From an uncultured bacterium (GTDB lineage: Bacteria > Patescibacteriota > Minisyncoccia > UBA6257 > 2-01-FULL-56-20): a stretch of DNA of 64,000 bases. The stretch lies in NCBI GenBank assembly GCA_963718575.1, contig OY970358.1, positions 514,172 through 578,171 of the forward strand. The letters are read 5' to 3'. The number at the start of each line of letters is the position of its first letter. Position 1 is the stretch's first letter. Shown here piece by piece: positions 57,568 through 64,000 of this stretch. The translations under genes were made by a program, and so were the position numbers. The notes under the pieces are model-generated. The model did not search any database. It worked only from the letters and a program-made list of their open reading frames with translations, and had not been told where the DNA came from.

Positions 57568-59355
57568 ATGCCCGAGTCATCCAACCAATCCATCGCCGAA
57601 GTCCTGCGCCAGATCGGCGAGTATTTGGCGATGCAGCACGTGCAGTTCAAGCCACGCGCGTTCGAGAAAGCGGCGGAGACGGTGGGCGCGTTCGAGGAAG
57701 AGGTGGCGGAGACATATAAAAAAGGCGGCATCAAGGCACTCAAGGAAATTCCGGGCGTGGGCCAATCAATTGCGGAGATTATAGAGGAGCTTGTGACGAA
57801 GGGGCGCAGCACGGAATATGAAAAGTTGAAGAAGGCGACGCCGGTGCGCCTGGACGAGCTCGCGCGCGTGGAAGGTCTCGGGCCGAAATCGATCCAGAGA
57901 TTATATAAAGAGCTCGGGGTAAAAAATCTGAAAGACCTGGAGGCGGCGGCGAAGAAGGGGAAGATCGGCGCGCTCGAAGGTTTTGGAAAAAAGAGCGAGG
58001 AGAAAATTTTAAAAGGAATTGGATTCGCGAAAAGTTCCGGCGTGCGATTCATCACCGGGCTCATGTTGCCGCAGATCCGCGAGATCGAGGCGCGGCTTGC
58101 CGCCGTGCCGGGCGTCACGAAAGTGACCGTCGCCGGATCGGCGCGGCGGCGCAAGGAGACGATGGGCGATCTCGACATCCTCGCCGTCTCGGCGAAGCCC
58201 AAGCTCATCATGGATGAATTCGTTTCCAAAACGCCGGGCCTGATGACCGTCATCGCGAACGGGCCGACAAAGTCTTCCATAAAGATCAGGCCGGGGTTGA
58301 ATATCGATCTGCGCGTGGTGCCCGCAGAATCTTACGGCGCGGCGTTGAATTATTTCACCGGCTCCAAAGAACACAACGTCGTGATCCGTGCGCGCGCCAA
58401 TAGGCTGGGGTTGACGCTCAATGAGTACGGACTTTTCAAGATCACGGAAGGATCAACAAAGAAGGGCGCGGAGCAGGAGGGCGCGCGCATCGCGAGCCGG
58501 AGCGAGGAGGAGATTTATAAAGCGCTCAGGATGGCGTACGTGGAGCCGGAGCTTCGCGAGAATACCGGCGAGGTGGAGGCCGCGGTGCGGGAGTTCGAAA
58601 AGAAACCCGGCGGTCTGCCAAAATTGATCGGCTACAACGATCTTCAGGGCGATTTACAAGTGCAAACGAACTGGACTGACGGCAGTGATTCGATCGAAAC
58701 GATGGCGCTCGCCGCTATGAAGCGCGGCTTGAAATATATCGTGATCACCGATCACACCAAGCGTCTTGCGATGACGCACGGCCTCGACGAGAAGCGCATC
58801 CGCGATCAGTGGAAAGAGATCGATGCGGTGAACAAAAAACTGGGCGGGAAAATAAGAATATTGAAAGGCGCCGAGTGCGATATTTTGAAAGACGGCACGC
58901 TCGACCTCGATGACGAGACGCTTTCAAAACTGGATGTCGTCGGCGTGTCGGTGCACTCGTTCTTTAATCTTTCGCGCGCGGAGCAGACGGCGCGCGTAAC
59001 GCGGGCGATGTCGAATCCGAACGTCGACATTTTCTTCCATCCCACGGGCCGGCTCATCAACAAGCGCGCGCCGTATGACATCGACATCGACGAGGTCATC
59101 GCGACGGCAAAACATACCGGCACGATTTTAGAGATCGACGCGCTCCCGGAGCGGAGCGACCTTAAAGACGAATACATCCGCAAGTGCGTGGAGGCGGGCG
59201 TGAAGATGTCCATCGATTCCGATGCGCACGCCGCGGCGCACTTCGGCTTCCTCGAATGCGGCATCGCGCAGGCGCGCCGCGGCTGGGCGGAGAAGGAGGA
59301 TATCGTGAATGCGTGGCCGCTCGAGAAGATGTTGGGGTTTTTAAAGAAGAAATAG
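57568..59355 (+). CDS. polX: DNA polymerase/3'-5' exonuclease PolX with PHP domain
   Basis: HhH motifs, GSARRRKET.GDLD, IDLR, YFTGSKEHN, LNEYG, ITDH, HPTGR, DSDAH. Confidence 0.95.
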   Translation: MPESSNQSIAEVLRQIGEYLAMQHVQFKPRAFEKAAETVGAFEEEVAETYKKGGIKALKEIPGVGQSIAEIIEELVTKGRSTEYEKLKKATPVRLDELARVEGLGPKSIQRLYKELGVKNLKDLEAAAKKGKIGALEGFGKKSEEKILKGIGFAKSSGVRFITGLMLPQIREIEARLAAVPGVTKVTVAGSARRRKETMGDLDILAVSAKPKLIMDEFVSKTPGLMTVIANGPTKSSIKIRPGLNIDLRVVPAESYGAALNYFTGSKEHNVVIRARANRLGLTLNEYGLFKITEGSTKKGAEQEGARIASRSEEEIYKALRMAYVEPELRENTGEVEAAVREFEKKPGGLPKLIGYNDLQGDLQVQTNWTDGSDSIETMALAAMKRGLKYIVITDHTKRLAMTHGLDEKRIRDQWKEIDAVNKKLGGKIRILKGAECDILKDGTLDLDDETLSKLDVVGVSVHSFFNLSRAEQTARVTRAMSNPNVDIFFHPTGRLINKRAPYDIDIDEVIATAKHTGTILEIDALPERSDLKDEYIRKCVEAGVKMSIDSDAHAAAHFGFLECGIAQARRGWAEKEDIVNAWPLEKMLGFLKKK

Positions 59356-59408
59356 TTTTCCCGCCATTAAATTTTGATTAACCCGGCCGGCAATGCTACA
59401 ATCTTTTC

Positions 59409-59963
59409 ATGCCGTCAGCCCGCGAAATAGACGAATCAAAGCGTATCCCAACCAAAAAACAGGTCGTGGCCGGCTTTGTGGTCTATCGCAAAACGAGCGA
59501 CGGAATAAAATTTTTACTGCTGTACCGGCGCGGCAATTATTGGAACTTCCCGAAAGGCCACTTCAAACCGGGCGAGCGCACGATCGACGTTGCGCTTCGC
59601 GAGCTGGAAGAAGAGACGGGGATCAAAAAGAGCGAGTTGCGTATGCTCCCGAACTTCCGCGCGTACGAACGTTTCTATTTTAAGATCGGCAATCAGGGGA
59701 TTTACGACACCGTCATTTTATTTTTGGCAGAGACGCATAAGGCGGATATCCGCATCGAACCGCGCGAGCATAGCGGGTATGGCTGGTTCCTCTATCACGA
59801 TGCGCTGAACGTGATCGGAAAAAAGTATGGCGATACGCGAAAGGTGTTGAAGCAGGCGAGCGACTACCTGAAGCCGCACAAGCGTCCGGCGGTGAAGGCC
59901 GGTGCCCCTGCGGTGCATACAGCGCAAAGCCCCGCGGTTGTAAAAGAGGTAAAAAGTCATTAA
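59409..59963 (+). CDS. NUDIX hydrolase (Ap4A hydrolase-like)
   Basis: WNFPKGH..PGE....ALRELEEETG Nudix box. Confidence 0.9.
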   Translation: MPSAREIDESKRIPTKKQVVAGFVVYRKTSDGIKFLLLYRRGNYWNFPKGHFKPGERTIDVALRELEEETGIKKSELRMLPNFRAYERFYFKIGNQGIYDTVILFLAETHKADIRIEPREHSGYGWFLYHDALNVIGKKYGDTRKVLKQASDYLKPHKRPAVKAGAPAVHTAQSPAVVKEVKSH

Positions 59964-60068
59964 CGACAAAAGGCGCCGCGCGTCGGAATCTATTATCTTT
60001 TAAAATCACAATTCGTGATTTTAAAAGATAGGATTTATGCAGGACATCATTGCCTGGGGCTTATGAGC

Positions 60069-60105
60069 AAAATAAAAACCTCCAGACTTTGGAGGTTTTT
60101 ATTTT
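60069..60105. terminator. Bidirectional terminator downstream of rplT
   Basis: AAAATAAAAACCTCCA-GACTT-TGGAGGTTTTTATTTT. Confidence 0.75.
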
Positions 60106-60110
60106 TTGAT

Positions 60111-60464
60111 CTACTTTGCCGATTTGGTTGCGGCAACCACTTTCTTGAACACCGCCGGTTCGTGCTCCGCGAGGTCCGCGAGGATCTTGCGATCGATCTT
60201 GATGCCTGCTTTCTTGAGCGCCGCGATGAATGTGCTGTAGTTCATCCCTTCGGGGCGGATGGCGGCGTTGATCTTGACGGTCCAGAGCTGGCGGAAGGTG
60301 CGCTTCTTTTCCTTGCGGCCGCGGAAAGCATGAACCCAGGCGTGAAGTAATGCCTCCTTGGCGGCGCGCTCCTTTGATTTGCGGCCCCATTTAAAACCCT
60401 TGGTGTATTTAAGGGTCTTCTCGCGATGCTTATGAGCGTTTACTCCTCTTTTTACGCGTGGCAT
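60111..60464 (-). CDS. rplT: 50S ribosomal protein L20
   Basis: MPRVKRG, KKRTFRQLW..INAA, IDRKILADLA. Confidence 0.98.
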   Translation of the reverse strand: MPRVKRGVNAHKHREKTLKYTKGFKWGRKSKERAAKEALLHAWVHAFRGRKEKKRTFRQLWTVKINAAIRPEGMNYSTFIAALKKAGIKIDRKILADLAEHEPAVFKKVVAATKSAK

Positions 60465-60484
60465 GGTGGTGGTTTAACGGGAAA

Positions 60485-60655
60485 TTAATTATTCAAAATG
60501 GTTCGGAGCGGCATATCGAGCGAGCGCTTCTTGCGGGAATCACGGTTCATTTTACTGCTTTTGCGGGTCTTAAAATGGCCCACGCCTCCGCGCCGGCGAA
60601 CGATCTTTCCGTTCTTTGTGATCTTTATCCTCTTAGTTACGCTCTTGGAAGGCAT
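60485..60655 (-). CDS. rpmI: 50S ribosomal protein L35
   Basis: KSVTKRIKITKNGKI..R....HF..RKS; directly upstream of rplT. Confidence 0.9.
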   Translation of the reverse strand: MPSKSVTKRIKITKNGKIVRRRGGVGHFKTRKSSKMNRDSRKKRSLDMPLRTILNN

Positions 60656-60727
60656 TTCAGTAAAAAGAGCCGGATGGCTCAATGACAGTAAGCTTACTAC
60701 AGCTTTTCCGGATTGGCAATACCCGGC

Positions 60728-61141
60728 TTATCTCTCCGAGTGGTCAACGATATTGATATTTTTAACAACCGCTCCGACCGCCTGAGCTAAACGTTTCCGC
60801 TTTGCCTTTAATTCAGCATATTTTTCAGCGGTGATATTTGTCTCGTCTTTGATAAGCTGCAATTTATTGACAATAAGCCTTAACGCCTCCCTCGCAGGCT
60901 CTCGTATCGGGTGATTCGGCGCTTCTTCCGGGGTGAGATCTGTGATGGCATTCAACGCTATAATGTCGTGGGTCTGCTCAAAATTTTCAAACATGCCTTC
61001 AAGCTCTTCGATTTCCGGCCCGGCTTCGCGGCGTTTTTCCGGCGGGATCTCTCCTGTCCCGTACTTCGCCATCCACGCGTCGATTATCTCCTGTTTTTCC
61101 TTGCTAAAACTCTCAATGGGCTTTTCAGGGTTTTCATTCAT
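60728..61141 (-). CDS. Hypothetical helical protein between infC and rpmI
   Basis: 137-aa ORF; TACTAT 6 nt upstream of ATG. Confidence 0.7.
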   Translation of the reverse strand: MNENPEKPIESFSKEKQEIIDAWMAKYGTGEIPPEKRREAGPEIEELEGMFENFEQTHDIIALNAITDLTPEEAPNHPIREPAREALRLIVNKLQLIKDETNITAEKYAELKAKRKRLAQAVGAVVKNINIVDHSER

Positions 61142-61166
61142 GCTTTCATAGTACTCTTTAAGATTA

Positions 61167-61238
61167 AAATAAAATACCCCTCCCTTTGAGCGAGTGGACG
61201 TTCCTACGTTGGAGCGAAAAGGGAGGGGTATTTTATTT
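61167..61238 (+). repeat. GAGCGA-core structured element, copy 3
   Basis: AAATAAAATACCCCTCCCTTT-GAGCGAGTGGACGTTCCTACGTTGGAGCGA-AAAGGGAGGGGTATTTTATTT. Confidence 0.85.
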
Positions 61239-61739
61239 CTTTGCGATCTGCACCGCCGGGCCGTTGCCCAAAAACTTCGGCTCGTTGAGCTTCTTATACT
61301 CCACGGGGATCAACGTTAAAAATTCCTTGAGCTTTTCCATTGCCCAATCCTTGTTGCGCTTCTCGCGGCCCCGAAGGCGCATGTTCACTTCCACGGGATG
61401 GCCCTGCGCGAAGAACTTTTCCACTTGCTTTACCTTGACCATGAGGTCGTTGTGCGCGGCTTTGGCGCTGATTTGCACGGACTTCATCGCTGCGGTCTTC
61501 TGCGCCGCGCGCTCCTTTTTAATCCGTTTTTCTTCCTCGTAGCGGAATTTATCGTAGCTCATCAGCCGCACGACGGGCGGTTTTGCTGCGGCGGAGATCT
61601 CTATGAGGTCGATGCCGTCGTCCGGGCGGGCGAGGGCAAGCGCGTCGGCGCGCGACATGACGCCAAGATTTTCTCCTGTTTCGCCAATGACGCGGAGTTC
61701 TGGAGCGGTTATTTGATTGTTGATGCGGGGTTTAATAAT
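61233..61739 (-). CDS. infC: Translation initiation factor IF-3 with ATT start
   Basis: Frame extends upstream of the track ORF as (I)IKPRINNQITAPELRVIGETGENLGVM; DLIEIS..AKPPVVR, LRGRE. Confidence 0.93.
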   Translation of the reverse strand: MIKPRINNQITAPELRVIGETGENLGVMSRADALALARPDDGIDLIEISAAAKPPVVRLMSYDKFRYEEEKRIKKERAAQKTAAMKSVQISAKAAHNDLMVKVKQVEKFFAQGHPVEVNMRLRGREKRNKDWAMEKLKEFLTLIPVEYKKLNEPKFLGNGPAVQIAKK

Positions 61740-61804
61740 GCCTCTATTATATCAGCTGTGGTAGAATAATCAAAACGGTTGGGCCTGGTCCGACCATAAC
61801 GATC

Positions 61805-62398
61805 ATGGACGAAAATCCCATAACTCACCCGGGCGTGCCCGAAGAGGTCTATCATACGATGGGGAAGAAGACGTTTTGGATCTTTTTCCTGGAGCGTATT
61901 CATGCGGCGTTCATTTTACTTCTGCTTGCGATTGCGCTCTTTATCGTGAGCCGGCAGGCGTTCCTTGCGACGACGCAGTTCGGCGACCTTACGCGCTACG
62001 CCGTGGCCGCGTGGGAGCTCTGCGGGCTGCTCTTTGTCATCGTGCTTGCGATCTCGCTCTTTGTGGCATGGCTTGTCTACTCGACGTATAAATTTTCGCT
62101 CGGCGACGATTCGCTAAAAATAAAGCGCGGAATTTTAAACAAAGAAGAGGTGGCGATCCCGTACCGGCAGATCCAGGACGTGGACATCAAGCGCGATCTC
62201 TCGTTTCAGCTGATCGGGCTCAGTAAGATCATCATCATCACTGCGGGCCACGAAGAGGACGAAAAACCCGGCGACGATGACACGGAAGGCATCCTTCCCG
62301 CGCTCGACAAGGATCTTGCCGAATGGCTCCAGGCGGAATTACTCAAGCGCGCGAACGTGCAAAAGGTGACCGAAGAAGCTCCTGTGCTACAAAAATAA
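61805..62398 (+). CDS. Membrane protein with bacterial PH domain
   Basis: Two TM helices then LKIKRGILNKEEVAIPYRQIQDV. Confidence 0.85.
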   Translation: MDENPITHPGVPEEVYHTMGKKTFWIFFLERIHAAFILLLLAIALFIVSRQAFLATTQFGDLTRYAVAAWELCGLLFVIVLAISLFVAWLVYSTYKFSLGDDSLKIKRGILNKEEVAIPYRQIQDVDIKRDLSFQLIGLSKIIIITAGHEEDEKPGDDDTEGILPALDKDLAEWLQAELLKRANVQKVTEEAPVLQK

Positions 62399-62467
62399 AA
62401 ACCCCATTGCCGTTGAGCGAGTGGACGTTCTTACGTCGGAGCGAAACAGGGATGGGGTTTTTATTTT
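62392..62467 (+). repeat. GAGCGA-core structured element, copy 4
   Basis: AAAATAAAAACCCCATTGCCGTT-GAGCGAGTGGACGTTCTTACGTCGGAGCGA-AACAGGGATGGGGTTTTTATTTT. Confidence 0.85.
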
Positions 62468-62675
62468 ATTTACTGCAGCAGCCGCACCGGACCATCTTTG
62501 CGCATCCAAGGATGATCAAGAGGATCGGCCACGTGACGGCGACGAATCCCGCCGTCAACGCGCCGGTCGCTCCCAGGAGGAAGTCGAGGCCGATGAGGAC
62601 GAGCATGATCGGCAATACTTTGTGGTGAGGGCAGTTGCACATTGGGCCCTTGCCGACTATCTTTGTTTCTTCCAT
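62466..62675 (-). CDS. Small 2-TM protein flanked by Cys/His clusters
   Basis: CNCPHH-TM-TM(WPILLI)-CGCC. Confidence 0.7.
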   Translation of the reverse strand: MEETKIVGKGPMCNCPHHKVLPIMLVLIGLDFLLGATGALTAGFVAVTWPILLIILGCAKMVRCGCCSK

Positions 62676-62780
62676 AAAAAATTAAAAATCGATAAAATTT
62701 ATTATTTCGACCTTTGATCGCATTCTTGTACTCTTTTATTTTACCATTATTTGTGCTATAATAGCGGCAGCCTTATCGAA

Positions 62781-63094
62781 GGGAGCGCACTGGCTTCGAT
62801 AGAGATAATCCATGGGTTTGCGAGCCGTTGGCAACGCCGTAACCGTTGCACAACCTATAACTGCCAACTCTAACGTTGCAGCTCCGAGGGCTTTCGCTTT
62901 CGCGTAACCTCTCGGGATCGGCTAGCTTGGGTTCCTTAGGCTAATACCGGTCTTATATAAGGGGACTAGCGTCAGGTTGACGATCATACGCCCGGCGCGA
63001 AAATATGATCACTTCGCTTAGCCTCGCTAAACTACGCTCGTAGACGGCCCATCGGCATTATCTTTACACGGCGGTTCGATTCCGCCCGCTTCCA
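62781..63094 (+). ncRNA. ssrA: tmRNA; tag peptide (A)ANSNVAAPRAFAFA* at 62863-62907
   Basis: Acceptor GGGAGCG/CGCTTCC with G3-U70, GGCTTCGA 5' motif, T arm GGCGG-TTCGATT-CCGCC, ATAACT-GCC resume context; TGcTATAAT promoter at 62754-62762. Confidence 0.95.
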
Positions 63095-64000
63095 CACCCT
63101 GTGATTTAGAGGTAGCAAAATGCTCAAAAACCCTTAAAGGAAGGCACAAAGGAGCGGTTCTAAATCCAAATCCTCGGTCATAGAAAACGAGACCCTCAAA
63201 AACGAGGTTCAGCACCATATTTTTTTCGCTCAAATCGCCCTCAATCCACTTGTTATATGGGTCTTTTAGATAATCGAATACCATTTGCAGGGCGGTTCTA
63301 AATTCGATTCTCGGCTTCTTTGCGGGATCGTTTTTCTCCGTTAGCTTTTCCTCTTTCGCCGCCAGCTCCTCAATCTGTTTCTCATATTCCCGACGAACGC
63401 GCTCACTGGTCGCTCTCCGTGCCAGCTTTGAGAGGTCGCGTATCTCCGTCTGAATCCCCGCGATTTCGCCAGTCTCCCTCTTTTCGCCATCGGCCCGCTC
63501 TGCCACGCGCTTTTCCCATTTTTCGTAGAGCATCGCTTCGCTGATTTTGAGAACAAGAGGCTTCGGACGGATTTCCTGCAACATGGTCCTGAATTGTGTT
63601 TCTATAAGCTCAACAGGAATGCTCTTAGTGTGTTCGGGGCATGCAGTATTGGCACAACGATAATACGGCCGCCTATAACCCTTTTTCTTAGTCGTATATG
63701 AAGCAGTAAAAGGCCGTCCACAATTGCCACAGGCGATCTGCGTATGGCGCAAAGGGAAGTCCTCGCGCATGTCCGCTCTCGTCCTTACCGGACTGCGGCC
63801 TTCAATTTTTCGCAAAATCTTTTGGTAAGTTGCTAGGTCAATGAGTGGCTGATGATGGCCCTGTCGCCGTACTACCTCCCACGGCTCATATTGGATAAAT
63901 CCGGCATATATCCATACCCTCGCCAATAAGCGATTCGCCAACTGGAAGGGTACTTTGCTTTTGCCGATGAAGTCTTGCTCTCCTAAATAGCGAGCCATGT
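63027..64000 (-). CDS. Large serine recombinase, C-terminal part (recombinase domain, zinc ribbon, coiled coil); 5' end lies beyond the window
   Basis: IYAG.I.....GHHQPLID..TYQKI, FPLR...CGNCG..FT, YYRCANTAC; stop codon inside ssrA. Confidence 0.88.
   Translation of the reverse strand, partial: MARYLGEQDFIGKSKVPFQLANRLLARVWIYAGFIQYEPWEVVRRQGHHQPLIDLATYQKILRKIEGRSPVRTRADMREDFPLRHTQIACGNCGRPFTASYTTKKKGYRRPYYRCANTACPEHTKSIPVELIETQFRTMLQEIRPKPLVLKISEAMLYEKWEKRVAERADGEKRETGEIAGIQTEIRDLSKLARRATSERVRREYEKQIEELAAKEEKLTEKNDPAKKPRIEFRTALQMVFDYLKDPYNKWIEGDLSEKNMVLNLVFEGLVFYDRGFGFRTAPLCLPLRVFEHFATSKSQGVEAGGIEPPCKDNADGPSTSVV

Noticed and set aside
24177-62467. GAGCGA elements as integron attC sites (GTTGAGC fits GTTRRRY)
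   Set aside because: The GTT/AAC order is inverted relative to attC, copies are dispersed rather than arrayed, and no integron integrase is present

Overview
Chromosomal window of a bacterium using genetic code 11. It spans the replication origin (jag-yidC-rnpA-rpmH <- -> dnaA-dnaN). Gene content and style point to Patescibacteria/CPR, Parcubacteria-like (inference): short YebC and HolA, an N-terminally reduced MurE, scattered ruvA/ruvB/ruvC, a chromosomal PrgI/VirB4/VirB6/pilin T4SS-like cluster, and mostly leaderless genes. Most of the window is housekeeping and DNA repair or uptake genes, interspersed with single orphan genes that carry their own promoters. It also holds tRNA-Arg(CCG), a P3A-type H+-ATPase, and tmRNA overlapped by a large serine recombinase at the right edge. 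The strongest non-coding signal is a four-copy structured element at gene 3' ends (24177, 30964, 61167, 62392). Each copy has a conserved 30-nt core with two GAGCGA motifs, set inside outer stems that differ in sequence but keep their pairing. G-T wobbles favour folding of the + strand, which is not the mRNA strand for two copies, suggesting an ssDNA (REP-like) element. Other candidates are variant parS sites, DnaA boxes just upstream of several -35 elements including the T4SS operon promoter, a large multi-branch leader RNA, a promoter-bearing small RNA facing a decayed nuclease-like gene, an unannotated acidic 58-aa ORF, and leaderless ATT starts. Frameshifts between 29 and 41 kb look like single-base insertion errors of the assembly. 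All calls come from reading the sequence; no searches were run.
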